A stretch of 63,208 nucleotides of DNA, filler included, from Octopus bimaculoides (GCF_001194135.2; 5 parts of 4 records of this genome joined end to end with filler, not necessarily neighbours in it), one strand, 5' to 3'; counted from the whole stretch's first letter, positions 11,664 through 25,377 are shown. Numbers and translations are program-made. Notes: generated from the sequence alone by a model not told the origin.

Positions 11664-11778
11664 GTAAATTTTCAGATTAACACCCGCACGATTTTCACAA
11701 CAGCGTTAGGGTTAGGGTTTTAGGGGCAGGGTTAGGGTTAGGTAGTCAATCGTGCGGGTGCTAAATCTCAAGATTTAC
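11664..11778. mobile_element. Small hairpin MITE with a TTAGGG-repeat core
   Basis: About 30-bp TIRs GTAAAT(T/C)TT(C/G)AGATT..CACCCGCACGATT flank TTAGGGTTAGGGTTTTAGGGGCAGGGTTAGGGTTAGG. Confidence 0.7.
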
Positions 11779-11878
11779 NNNNNNNNNNNNNNNNNNNNNN
11801 NNNNNNNNNNNNNNNNNNNNNNTTAATTAATTAANNNNNNNNNNNNNNNNNNNNNNNNNNNNNNNNNNNNNNNNNNNN
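11779..11878. other. Scaffold join marker (N44-TTAATTAATTAA-N44); similar markers at 19721, 42689 and 50290
   Basis: An identical 12-mer centred in ~100-bp N runs at four sites; an assembly artefact. Confidence 0.95.
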
Positions 11879-12109
11879 GTGTGTGTATACATAAAGAATA
11901 ATACGTAAATCGGTAGATATTAGTGGAAGATATTTTCATTATCAAATACAGGCTACTGACAAATTCACCGGATTAACTTGGATTCAATGGCAAAATAGAA
12001 GTTGTTGTGCTGTAGTTTATGCCCAGTCAAAGACCCTAAGCCAAAATGTTTATGGCATTGCTAATTGCATGAGTGATGAAGGCCAATAAACTCAAGCAGA
12101 GGGGAAATA

Positions 12110-12193
12110 TCACAAAGATCTTCTTTCGAACAATGACATCATCCGATTTCTACACTCTTTACAAATATACATCAGCATAAGCGATCCATACAA

Positions 12194-12262
<69 letters not shown>

Positions 12263-15195
12263 TGTGTGTGCGTGCGTGCGTGCGTGTGTGTATGGTGCAA
12301 TTGCTAATGGCGTCATTTCCGTAAACCTGCAACCTTCTGTGGACGGGCACACTGCCATCTGCCTTCGCCAAAGACTCAATGACGTCAAGTGTCTCTGCTT
12401 GAAATCCCTTATTTGCTGAGAATGTAAAAAACGAAGAAGAGTTATAATAGAGCAGGTGAAGGTGAATGTAGCTCTCCGGACGCAAGCGCTTTTGGTTTTG
12501 CTTAATGTAGCACCATCTTTCGGACTACATTTTCGCGCACATGACCACAGAAAATTTATGAAAAGATTTCTTGCACGGCGGAGGTGACTGAAACAGCCAT
12601 TACGTACCATAAGACGATAAGCGGAGAATTGCTTGCAGGAGACAGTTTTGTTGCGGTCGCACAAAATAATACTGAAATGTCATCCATTAGCGCCATCTGA
12701 AAAAAAGAGGGGGCATTGCATTGCGTCGTAGGACATTTGCAGGGCCGTGTCCCTACATTGAAGGATAATTCCCGTTTGTTGTAGGGTTCTCCATGAAGAA
12801 TCACAGCAATTTCATTGCATATGAGTGCATTAAAGCTGCCTGCATGGGAGCCGGATGGCATCTTTTCAGTCTCGATGACTACAGCAAAGTTTGGCGCTGA
12901 AGCGGTTTCCAATGCGTTGTCTTCGTGCAATATCTTTTGAATTTTCAGCTAGATGCCTAATTCTTTGCCAGGTGAAATTAAAGCACGCCTTTCTGCTTAG
13001 TCGATGTAATCGCCGACGATGTAGAGTTGTAGGAACTGAAACTCACCGCTTGACATTGGCAGAAACTATCTGATTTTGTGGTAAATTTGTGCTTGGACTT
13101 TACATATTGGCATAAAGAGGCCCTCTCGGATAGTTGTGGCTCCAAAGGAAGTAATTTGAAATGCTAAATTGTATCTACTAAGGTGGCCTAGAAAGAGTTC
13201 ACACTCCAATGTTGAATTTGTCATTAAAGAATTAAATGGGGGCGGTGGATCCTTCGGAGGAGGCCGTTGGACTTTACCATCCGGCAGCGCAACCCTGAAG
13301 ACTTCCCTGGGCACTTTTTTGCGCTGCAGAAGTGGCAGATGACAGACATGCCATCTATTTGGAAATCAGGCAAAATGGCATATTACCGGAAGGGACATAG
13401 TGGAAGGCTTTTTAGTGACCATCGAGAGCTATTGGTCCTAGAAATACCTCGGCTGTTATAACTTCGGTACGCATTGGTGTCTATTCCATTAAGGCTTGTG
13501 TGTGGAGCCTCTGACGCTCGTGCAGAGGCGGTTGACGTAGCATCTTTCTTTTCGCGTTTTGCACGCTGTTCACCACACTCTCCAGCTGGAAGAGTAGAAG
13601 TGGAGGCAGTATTTTTCCTTTAGCGACTTCTGCGCTGTTCTTCACTCTCAGCAGCGCGTGCAGCAGCAGTTAAGAATGCATTTCTCCTTAGGTTGCTCTT
13701 CGGCTTCCATTGTTCTAGCATTTGCATTTCGAGTGGCATTTTGTGACAGTCTCGCTGCACTTCTCAGCGGCGACTCATTAACCCACCTTCTTTTGGCAGC
13801 TGAAGCAGACTCTGTTTTACGACCAAAGAAGTTCTTTTCTTAGGTTTCATAGTGGTAGTATTGGACTATATTTAAATTGCGAGTTTTTAAAAACTAGCAA
13901 AAGGGGACACTGAAAAACAAATTTGGCACGATGTATAAAAAAATGAACCTACTAAATGTATTATTCAAAACAGGCGGAAGAAATGACAGAGTTAGCTATG
14001 TGGACACAAAGACACTGAATACAATATTTTTTGACGACACATAAGTTAAAAACTGGTAGGCGGCAACAGTATGAGGGAGTTAACTTAATTGAATATGGGG
14101 ACAACGAAAAATCTCATTAGAAAGTACGAAGTTAAAGCATTAATGTACGTCAAATGGTAGGCCTAACCTGTAAGCCGAAGAACGTATCAGATATACACAA
14201 AAGCGCATCTATAATTACGATTTGACAGTGTTCCACCAATGAAATTCAGTCAAAGAATTAATTAGACGGGCTCATCACAGTGGACAATCAATAGTGTTCA
14301 CGCGCATAGATCAAAGGTCAAGTTCGCAGTTCATTCTTTATTGGCAGACCATTGGCATAATGTCATTAAGGAAAATGGTGGTGAAAAGGGGGCATTATGA
14401 TCATCGGTGATAATGAGGATGAGGGGAAGTGAGTAAACACTACGGACGTGGTAAAAGCAGTCATTCACATCAAATAAGAGGCAGAGGTGGTGGGGTATCA
14501 TGGCCGTAGGTGATAATAGGTGGTGACAAAGGTCATGCTCGCATCTCACGCCGTGTTGTCACACCATGAATGAAAGGTAATTAAAGAAAATTTGTGCTGA
14601 ACTGGGGTGCATCGTGACCATAGGTGATAGAAGAGTGGGGGTACACAAATCAAATCAGCGAGCTAAAACTGCCCTACGATTCTTGGCGTGTGAGTAAACG
14701 GCAGTTGTAAGTAAAAGACCAAGTTTAATCCAGTAAATTGCAAATTTAATGCGAATAAACGTGATAAAACATTAGTTTAAAACAGTCAATTAAGCATGGC
14801 TAATATTCTTGCCAAATTTGGGACGAATCGGTTGGAAACTGCGGAAGTTATAAGCAAAAAAAGGATTTTTCCGCAGTTATTCGTGGATTTTTCACAATTG
14901 ATGCAACAATTTTAAGCAAAATAATGTCATGAGAAATATATGTGTCAAATTTGAAGGAAATCGCTCGAATTAACCAAGTTATGGGCAAAATGCTGACTTT
15001 CTGAACAGTTATTCGCGGTTCTTGTTTATACACGGCGGGCGGGGTTTGAAAAATATAAAGTAGACCATGACCACCCTTGGAGCATAATCTATCCGTGTGT
15101 CACGTTTGAGCGAAATCGGTTGAAAAATGTGGAAATGCATAACGACCATACACACACAGACAGACAGATACTCAGACATCTGTTTTATATATAAA
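12110..15195 (-). mobile_element. Helitron relic: 5' terminus plus Rep/Helicase N-terminal region
   Basis: The 5' end A|TTTATATATAAAACAGATGTCTGAG-(TCTG)n resembles a decayed Helitron TC terminus. Broken frames give MSVICHFCSAKK..GL.C..GKVQ.P, RYNLAFQITSFGA...EGLFMPICKVQAQIYH, FLQLYIVGD, SGSHAGSFNALICNEIAVIL, SYDAMQCPLFF and FSAYRLMVR, all collinear with Helitron Rep N-termini. Confidence 0.9.
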
Positions 15196-15544
15196 TATAT
15201 GTGTGGGTGAGTGTGTGTGTATGTATCTATATACACCACACACATACATCCATATGTGTGTGTATGTATGTAAGTATTATGTATGTTCGCATATTAATAT
15301 GTGTGTATAGGCATTCGATTCATTAATTCTTTAGTCCTTTCAGTCATTCGATTGTAAGGGCTTCCTGGAAGTGTATAATCGCTCGAAGCGACTCCAGCAT
15401 ATCTTCTTCATAAAGTCTTCTATGTACTCTGCTTGTAGAACTGCTAAGATTCAATGATTCTCACCAACCTTACACTACTTTTCAGTGGTGAGACTGGCAC
15501 ATACACACACACACACACATACACACACATACACACACATACAC

Positions 15545-15580
<36 letters not shown>

Positions 15581-15784
15581 GTACATTGGCAAAAAACACA
15601 CTTACTCACAAAAACATACACGTAAAGGTAGACAGACAGACAGACAGACAGACAGATAGACAGACAGACAGATAGATAGATAGATAGATAGATTTAAAAT
15701 GCTGTATCATTTAAAATATATCGAAAATGTATTAAAACTATGTAAACTGTGGGCATTTTTGTATTACAACTATATATATATTCT

Positions 15785-15995
15785 TTTATTCTTTTACTTG
15801 TCTTAGTCATTTGGCTGCGGCCATGCTGGAGCACCGCTTTTTAGTCGAACAAATGAAGCACAGGACTTATTCTTTATAAGCTTGGTACTTATACAACGGT
15901 CTCTTTTGCCGATCCACTGAGTTAGGGAGCACATAAACACACCAACATCGGTTGTCAAGCAACGGCGGGGGGACAGACATAGACACAAATACACA
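15785..15995 (-). mobile_element. SINE family A, 3' half
   Basis: Reverse complement of the GGCGGTGCTCCAGCATGGCCGCAGCCAAATGACT..GACAAGTAAAAG tail. Confidence 0.8.
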
Positions 15996-16013
15996 CACAC
16001 ACACACACACACG

Positions 16014-16054
<41 letters not shown>

Positions 16055-16281
16055 TTAAGGAATGGAGTAAACGCATGTTATAACTGCATTACTCAATTCC
16101 TTAAATTTTTATATATACTCAAATACCCAAAATATCAAGGAGTTTCTGCTTCACTAACAGGAATTACACCACAGTTATTTTGTGATCTTTGCTACCTTGG
16201 TTTCTATTAACCCATTTATTCTATCCGAATTATTATTTATTAGGATAAAATAAATACATATAATTAAATATATATATATAT

Positions 16282-16325
<44 letters not shown>

Positions 16326-17085
16326 GTGGTATGAACCTCGCTTCGCTACCATATACTCTTGGATTTGGTCTGACTGCGTGACACCTTGGGTAAGTGTTTT
16401 CTGCTATAGTAGAGTGAGTGCATTTGATAGACAAAAACTGAAAGGACCCAGCATGGCCGCAGTTAAAAATGGTGAAACAAGTAAAAGATAAAATATATAT
16501 ATAGAGAGAGAGATAGATACATATATATGAACTTGAGCGCACAAAAAAATTGTAAACATTGTGATTGCTAAAATGTATTTTTTCATCAACCAATTCTATT
16601 GAGCTATCTTTATGCAAGACCATTGAATTCCTCTTGTCAAAATAGCGTTCGAGATAGAAATCCATCGGGATTTGAAAGGCATCAATTTAATTGATTCAAT
16701 GATTCTGCAGTGACATTTTGTAAATGTTGTAAATAATATTTTAGATAATATAGTCGGACCATGAAATGAAATATGACAGAAAATAGAAGCTCTAAAAATA
16801 ACATAGTTGATTCAACAAATGACTTTATTGAAGCAAAGCTGTGTCATGTTTTATTTGTTCATAATTTAGAACAACTTGTATAATGCATGATAACAAACGG
16901 AGAATCGATTGACCCCGACTCTGTAAAGTTGTAATAAATCTTTATTTTAATAGCTTTGCATTAATGAATTTTTCAGCTGTGTTGAGATTTTTTGTTACAA
17001 AGAAAGAAAGGAAACGTTGCCATACAAACAACTATATATACATATACATAACAGCAGCAGTAGTGGCAGCAGCAGTAGCAGCAAC

Positions 17086-17122
<37 letters not shown>

Positions 17123-17289
17123 ATGGCAGAAGCAGTAGCAATAGTAAAACGAGGGAAAGTGTCTGCAAAGCATAGATATACACAGTACGTTTCCAGGCGT
17201 ACCTTACGGCATTAGGTAAAAATATGCTTATTTTCAGGTTTTCATGCAACGACGCTGGAAACAATGAAATTCATTTCTAAGAATTCGTT

Positions 17290-17329
<40 letters not shown>

Positions 17330-18347
17330 TGTGCGCGTGTGTAAGTATATATGTATATAGACGTTATGAACGCAGGTGGTTATATGTCTATGTATTGTGA
17401 GAACATGGTTGCCTGTATTTATATCTTTTATCTTTTTTATATCTATTAGAGCAAATTCATTTTTATTCAACTGTCTTTCAAACAGTCTATTGCCACTAAT
17501 AGCCGATTAGAATGCATCGTAGCTCTTCGCTCCGGCATTTGAAACTCTGAGTACTATAATGACAACTTACTGATTGTCCTAAGCTATATATATGTATCTA
17601 TATGTATATATATATAATATCATTAATAAATCATAGGGCAGTAAAAAAATTTTAGAAGTTTAATTTACCACCAGTGGTCCAGCGAGAATAAAAATTAGTC
17701 AATAGACTATATATATATTATTCATTAAAATACAGAGATGCCTATAATAGGACATCTGACCAGCTAGAAAAAGCAGCAAAAAACTCTATACCACAAAAAT
17801 AGGGATAATTTCGAAAGAGAATGAAAAATNNNNNNNNNNNNNNNNNNNNNNNNNNNNNNNNNNNNNNNNNNNNNNNNNNNNNNNNNNNNNNNNNNNNNNN
17901 NNNNNNNNNNNNNNNNNNNNNNNNNNNNNNNNNNNNNNNNNNNNNNNNNNNNNNNNNNNNNNNNNNNNNNNNNNNNNNNNNNNNNNNNNNNNNNNNNNNN
18001 NNNNNNNNNNNNNNNNNNNNNNNNNNNNNNNNNNNNNNNNNNNNNNNNNNNNNNNNNNNNNNNNNNNNNNNNNNNNNNNNNNNNNNNNNNNNNNNNNNNN
18101 NNNNNNNNNNNNNNNNNNNNNNNNNNNNNNNNNNNNNNNNNNNNNNNNNNNNNNNNNNNNNNNNNNNNNNNNNNNNNNNNNNNNNNNNNNNNNNNNNNNN
18201 NNNNNNNNNNNNNNNNNNNNNNNNNNNNNNNNNNNNNNNNNNNNNNNNNNNNGAGCCATGTCGGCTTTATGCATCATAGAATCATTGATTGTACTGAACT
18301 TAGATGCGACTGGTTCCGACGACGACTACGACATATGTGCGAGTGTG

Positions 18348-18417
<70 letters not shown>

Positions 18418-18917
18418 TACAGACAGACAGACAGACAGACAGTGACAGAGACAAAGAGATCCTTGTAATTGCTGGTGATTGCAGCAGCGGTGGCAGTGTT
18501 GTTGACGGTGGACCTTGGTGGATTTCCTTCGGGTTGGATATCCTGGGTAATGAATACGAAAATAGTGGCAACACATCACGAAATAATTTTTCAGGTGGAA
18601 TCATGTTGAGTTCAGAACTCTGATGCAGTTAGCTGACATATCGCCACGACTTCTGCTGACAAACTTCATCACCATTCGTCACCCCCAAGAAAATTAGTGT
18701 TGTGAATTAAGCAGTGTTGTAAATTAAACTTTTACATCATTTCAAATATGAATGTGGCGAACTGTCATAATCGTTACAATGTGGGACAATATGCTTGGTG
18801 GAATATCTTTGGGCTTTATGTCCACATTTCAAATTCTGCCCGTCTTTTCGAGGGCGATAAAATACATATGAGCTGAGCACTAGACTCGAGATAATCGACT
18901 AGATCGATCGATAGATT

Positions 18918-18958
<41 letters not shown>

Positions 18959-19800
18959 NNNNNNNNNNTATGTGTATATATATATGTGTGTGTGTGTGTA
19001 TGTATATATATATATGTATATATAGTCATATACATGCTTTCATACACAAGCATTCTTATACATACGTACTTACCTGCATGTACATAGACATACAGAAATA
19101 CATACTTCATATACACACTTCATGTATTTCACGAGTTATGTTATAAAGAATGCAATTTGGTGAATTCCATATACATAGCACGGCATCTTTACGTTTAACT
19201 TTACTCATGTTTGAAGTTTTTTTTTCAATAAACTCCATATGTTGTTCATAACTCAAGAAATGGAACGTAACTAGCATTTTTTATAGGAGTTAAAGTGTTT
19301 GTGACACATAACGAAATCACCATTATTTAGTGGCTAAGAAATTTACGCAATCTTCACTTTAAGGATTTAACCTATAATTTATTTCATCCTAAAATCACAG
19401 AGAAATGTAATTTTTTCCTATTTTCTTTTATAAATTTTCGTGTACATATTACGTTATTGAAACCTGTGATATATGATGCCTTACATACTTATGAGGAAAC
19501 GTTGCTTCAGAGAAGAGAATGTGAGTTAAAATGGCAACTGGGAGGAAAATATGGAATAAAATGAAAAAAATTTGTTGGCAATATGCGATCTATATAATAT
19601 TGGATCGTGAACGTTATAGGTCGGAAATAACAGACAACAAAATATGAATAAAATATATTAGATTTAGGCAAAAACGNNNNNNNNNNNNNNNNNNNNNNNN
19701 NNNNNNNNNNNNNNNNNNNNTTAATTAATTAANNNNNNNNNNNNNNNNNNNNNNNNNNNNNNNNNNNNNNNNNNNNATTATTATTATTATTATTATAATA

Positions 19801-19857
<57 letters not shown>

Positions 19858-20154
19858 ATTATTATTATTATTATTATTATCATCATCATCATTATCATCA
19901 TCATCATCATCATCATCATCATTTGTTGTTGCTACTGATGCTGATATTACTGTTATTGATATTGTTGCAGTTATTGTTGTCTTATTGTTTTGTTGTTGCT
20001 GCTGCTGCTGCTGTTATTGTTGATGTTATAGCTGCTGTTGGTGACGCTACTGTTGTTTTTGTTGTTATTGTAACTAGTGCTTTTTTGCCATTTCCTCTGA
20101 TGCCGTTGTTGTTGTTGTTATAGTTGTTGTTGTCGTCGTTGATGTTGTTGCAAC

Positions 20155-20186
<32 letters not shown>

Positions 20187-20659
20187 CTATTTTTGTTGTT
20201 GTTATTGCAGCATCTGACCGTGACATTTAAAAATGGAAATATTTTCTGCAATGTTTATTGTCATTGGCACCGTCTATCCCAACCACGACCACCACCACCA
20301 ACATCAAGAGGATCACTTCCACCAGCACCAAGAGCATCATCACCACCACCACAATCACAACCACCACCATAACCACCACCACCACAACGCTCTGTAAAAC
20401 ATAAACTCAATATCACACACACATACACACACACACGAACACTCGTACATAGAAAAAAGCAGTCACAAGTATGATTGGGTAAGGGATAACAAGTGCGCTT
20501 GCAAACTACTTTGTCTTGGGTTCGATCCCGTTGCGCATAGTCTTCTATAGCTTCGGATTTTACTAAATGGAAACTGTGGTGAGATACATCGTATATTTTT
20601 TTACGTGCATGTTCGCCTATATATTTGTATACATACATGTATAAATATACAAATCATGT

Positions 20660-21200
20660 TCCTTAGACACACATGTGTCTTTTGAGGCCTGCAGTTGCGT
20701 TGTAAACCTTTTGGCAAATGGAACTAGTTGAGGACTAAGTTTGTTCGAGTGCTTGCGGAACATTTACTTAGTGTTTTCTTGGGTGGACGACAAGGCCTGC
20801 TTTGCTCCGTGCCACAAAACCACAACGCCGGGTAAGGTTTTCATTTTGAGGAGCTGCATTTTGCCGACATGACTTCATGCTTGCAAGAAGTTGGTCGCGG
20901 TGATGGGAACTCATCCAGAACAAAACTCAGAGAGGAGCCAACTGAAAGCGTTTCAAAGATCAAGTGAAATGTCAGCACGCTTAGGCAGAGTGAGAGCGAG
21001 TCACAACAGAGAGGGAGGCGATATGGCACCCCGACTGCTGCAATGCCAGAGCAACTGCAGCGAATGAGGAATGGCAAAGAGGAAAGAAGTCATCGTCATA
21101 ACCCCTTCTTACACCAAGTGAGCCAGAGCCTCTCGCTTAAGGACCGGTTTACATAGCCACTTAAAGGCTTGCCCCTCTTCCTCGTGATCCTGGATATGAA
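20660..21200 (-). mobile_element. RTE-type LINE 3' end with two degenerate C2H2 fingers
   Basis: The minus strand gives RRCGFVARSKAGLVVHPRKH and CQKVYNATAGLKRHMCV, downstream of a decayed ORF2 C-terminal tract. Same architecture as 52630-53215. Confidence 0.6.
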
Positions 21201-22161
21201 GAACTGTCATGGCGTATGTATGCATATACATACATACATACATAATACATACATACATACATACATACATACACACATATATACACACACACATATATAT
21301 ATACATATACATATATACGTATATGTATATATATNNNNNNNNNNNNNNNNNNNNNNNNNNNNNNNNNNNNNNNNNNNNNNNNNNNNNNNNNNNNNNNNNN
21401 NNNNNNNNNNNNNNNNNNNNNNNNNNNNNNNNNNNNNNNNNNNNNNNNNNNNNNNATATATATTTGTGAGTGTGTGTGTGTATACGATGGAGTACTGAAA
21501 AGTTCAATAACAACAAAGGATTATTGGTTATATGATGTTAAGTTAAATAATAAAATTCCAGTGTGAAATCTTCAGAGACATGTAACATTGATACATAACA
21601 TTACCGAGTTAGTGCCAGAGCTGCCATCATCGGAAAAGCAAACAGATGTTTGCCATCTTGCAAGAGATTTTTTTTCCTATGGTCTTTAGGTTCTCATGCC
21701 TAAAGCACCGATTAAACGTAGACAAAAATATAGAGTATAAGATTATTGGATCATCTGCAAAAGATTACTAGAGTACATGGTGGTAATGAGTATCTTTTAC
21801 TCCCGTTTCAAAAAACCCGACATACATATATGCATACATGTTTCACACACGCGCACACACACACACGCATACACACACGCACGCGCAGATATATACACGC
21901 ACAAAGTTACATATACGAACATATGTATGCATGTATGTTCGTACGTACCTTTATATCCATAGATAATCATCTGTCAGTGTATGTGTTCTTAATAACTTAT
22001 AACCAGTGAGTGTATGTGTGTGTGTATGCGCGTGTATGTGTGTGTATGTGTGTGTGTGTGTGTATGTATGTGTGTGTGTATGTGTCTATATATCTAGATT
22101 TATGCATACGTATATATATATATATATATATATACGCATAATATACAGATACGTATTTAAG

Positions 22162-22211
<50 letters not shown>

Positions 22212-22704
22212 TATACATATATATATGCATGTATGTATGTATGCCAGTATATACATACATACATGTATATTTGTTTGTGCGTATATTTACAAATTTAAAT
22301 ACGTACTTAAAGCAGATAAGCGCAGTGGCTGGTTGGGGATTCTCTGTCTAAAATTTTGTTTGTTTAATTAGAAGCATTTTGGACTGTAATTAGACGTTCA
22401 TGTCTTTCATGTGACTAATTATCCTGAAACATACACTCAAACGGGCGTTGTATACTTGCCCTCACACGTATATAGCATACACGCGTGCGCACACACGAAT
22501 ATAAACACGTGAAGACATTCATTAACATGTACACACAGACGCACAAAAAACACATCTTTATAAATACTCTTTTATGTGTATGTACGTGTGTGCGCGCGTG
22601 TATGTGTATATGTGTGCATGTGTGTGTGTGTGTGTGCGTGTGTGTGTGTGTGTATGCCCATATACAACATAAGTATGTTTTACGCCTCATTATTTATGCG
22701 AATT

Positions 22705-23120
22705 AAGGCGGCAAGCTGACAGAATCGTTAGCATGCCGGGCAAAATGCTTAACGGTATTTCGTCCGTCTTCACGTTCTGAGGTCAAATTCAACCGAAGTC
22801 GACTTTACTTTTCATCCTTTCGGGGTTGATAAATTAAGTACCAGTGAAACACTGGGATCGTCTGGTCCCTTCCCACTAAATTTCATGCCCTGTGCCTTTA
22901 GTAGAAATGATTATTTATGCGAACTTATATTCGCGAGCTGGCAGAATCGTTAGTATGCCAGAGAAAACGCTTGGCTGTATTTTCCTGGTACTTTTTGTCC
23001 TGGGTTCAAATTTCAGCGAGGTCGAATTTGCCTTTCATCCATTCGGGGTCGATAAAATGAGTACCAGTTGCGCACCCGCCCCACTACCACCAAACTCTTG
23101 CCAAAATAGGAAAGGATTAT
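22705..23120 (+). mobile_element. Two tandem SINE family C copies
   Basis: AAGGCGGCAAGCTGACAGAATCGTTAGC head and TTTCATCC(T/A)TTCGGGGT(T/C)GATAAA..AGTACCAG core, present twice. Confidence 0.82.
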
Positions 23121-23127
23121 GCGAATA

Positions 23128-23515
23128 TTGTTGTTGGCACTCCGTCGCTTACGACGTCGAGGGTTCCAGTTGATCCGATCAACGGAACAGCCTGCTCGTG
23201 AAATTAACGTGCAAGTGGCTGAGCACTCCACAGACACGTGTACCCTTAACGTAGTTTTCGGGGATATTCAGCGTGACACAGTGTGACAAGGCTGACCCTT
23301 TGAATTACAGGTACAACAGAAACAGGAAGTAAGAGTGAGAGAAAGTTGTGGTGAAAGAGTACAGCAGGGTTCGCCACCCACCCCCTGCCGGAGCCGCGTG
23401 GAGCTTTTAGGTGTTTTCGCTCAATAAACACTCACAACGCCCGGTCTGGGAATCGAAACCGCGATCCTATGACCGCGATTCCGCTACCCTAACCACTGGG
23501 CCATTGCGCCTCCAC
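23128..23515 (-). mobile_element. tRNA-derived SINE family B, full length and young
   Basis: GTGGAGGCGCAATGGCCCAGTGGTTAGGG..GGTTTCGATTCCCAGACC head and CGTCGTAAGCGACGGAGTGCCAACAACAA tail. Highly similar to the copies at 30.6, 33.0, 34.5 and 41.3 kb. Confidence 0.92.
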
Positions 23516-23995
23516 TATGCGAGTGAGAATGTCTCGTGCGTCTGACAAAATGCTCAGCGACATTTCTCCCGGCTTTACGGTCTGCGTTCAAATTCCACTG
23601 AATACCAATGACCCCCTTTTGGGGTCGATGAAATAAGTACCAGTTGATCCCTGGGGTCGATAAACTAAGTACCAACTGAGCACAGAGACCGATATAAACG
23701 ATTTGGCCCCCTGCCCTAAAATTACTGGCTCAGTGCCAAAATTTGAAATCATTGTTTATGCGAATATAAGGCGGCAAACAACAGAGATGTTACCGAGTCG
23801 GATTAAATGCTTATATGACGATTATATGGCGACAAGCAGAAGAAACCTCAACGCGTCGGATTAAATGCTTAGCGGCATTTCTTCAGGCTTTACATAGCCG
23901 AAGTAAATAGAATAAGTACCAGTTGAGCACTGGGGTTGAAATAATCAACTCAACCCTTCTCTTAAATTTTCAGGCCTTGTACAGAATTAAGAAAG
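23516..23995. mobile_element. Cluster of SINE family C fragments in both orientations
   Basis: Repeated GGGGTCGAT..AA(A/C)TAAGTACCA and AATGCTTAGCGGCATTT motifs. Confidence 0.7.
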
Positions 23996-24361
23996 TATTA
24001 TTTATGCGAGTATGTGTTTGTGTAATATATATTTCTTTACATATCTATATAGGATATATATATATATGTGTGTGTGTGAGTGTGTTTGTGCGTTTGTGTG
24101 CGCGCGCGTACGCGTGTGTTTGTGTGTGTATAGGTACACACGTATACATCTGTGTATATATATTTATTCATACACATATGTGTGTGTATATATAAATATA
24201 TATTTATGTGTATGTATATATTTATGTGAATGTGTGTGTATAGTATAGAAACCATAACACTAATCCACTTTTAATTGTTTTCNNNNNNNNNNTTCTTGCC
24301 AACTCGCCGCCTTTTATATTTTAATATACTGATGCATCTAAGTGTAATCGAGTATGTATGC

Positions 24362-24418
<57 letters not shown>

Positions 24419-25154
24419 AGTGTGTTTGTGCGTTTGTGTGCGCGCGCGTACGCGTGTGTTTGTGTGTGTATAGGTACACACGTATACATCTGTGTATATA
24501 TATTTATTCATACACATATGTGTGTGTATATATAAATATATATTTATGTGTATGTATATATTTATGTGAATGTGTGTGTATAGTATAGAAACCATAACAC
24601 TAATCCACTTTTAATTGTTTTCTATAGTATCTCTCATTCTAAGTGAATACACGAGACTTCAAAGCGTGATTAACGATTTCAAAGTAAGCAAATTTCACTT
24701 CAAAATATATTTGGACTGACTTAACTCTTAAACGTTTCAATAAAGAACAAAAATACATCGTTTTCCAGGGAGGATTTTTTTTACTTACTAAAATTTATGG
24801 ATGTACCATACTTTGAAATTCTCTTTATCATGTGACTAATTATAAATAAAGTTCTTTATATTATTCATCAAAATGTAGATAATTAATTATATTTTCTTTC
24901 ACAAAATAAACGTAAAGTGTATTTGTTATTGATATTGCATGTCTAGGCAAATGAACTGCTAACTGAAAGAAAAGTGTTTTTTACAAATATATATTAATTG
25001 CATGACCTAACAATAAGGTCGTTGCTCTCATAGATGTAGGGTCATTGCTTCTAGGTTTGGCCTGTACAGCTCGTTATGTCTTCGAGAAAGGCACACCCAT
25101 TCATGCAGCCCCACTAGACTCAGCTGAAAATGTGCACCAGCCTAGTGCTGGGGC

Positions 25155-25191
<37 letters not shown>

Positions 25192-25300
25192 ACCAGCTGT
25201 CATATCATTGATCAGTTGTCCCCACAGTGGGCGATGCGGCCCCGCTGGGGTTGGTGGAAAGATCCAAGGGATGCTGTAGAAAAATGAGGGCGATAATGGG

Positions 25301-25377
25301 GTTGCAAAATGGCGTTGCAAAATGGCGTTGCAAAATGGCGTTGCAAAATGGCGTTGCAAAATGGCGTTGCAAAATGG
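25301..25377. repeat. Perfect 13-bp minisatellite (GTTGCAAAATGGC) x5.9
   Basis: Read directly; the units are identical. Confidence 0.97.

Noticed and set aside
19721-19732. Recurrent TTAATTAATTAA motif (also 11823, 42689, 50290)
   Set aside because: Always centred in N-runs; a scaffolding marker, not biology.
23128-23515. tRNA-like heads and regularly recurring near-identical repeats (possible tRNA genes or CRISPR-like array)
   Set aside because: These are dispersed SINE heads with no complete cloverleaf, no repeat-spacer periodicity and no cas genes; the DNA is eukaryotic.
24055-24622. About 225-bp exact duplication either side of a 10-N gap
   Set aside because: Identical copies flanking a tiny gap next to (TA)n indicate an unmerged contig overlap.
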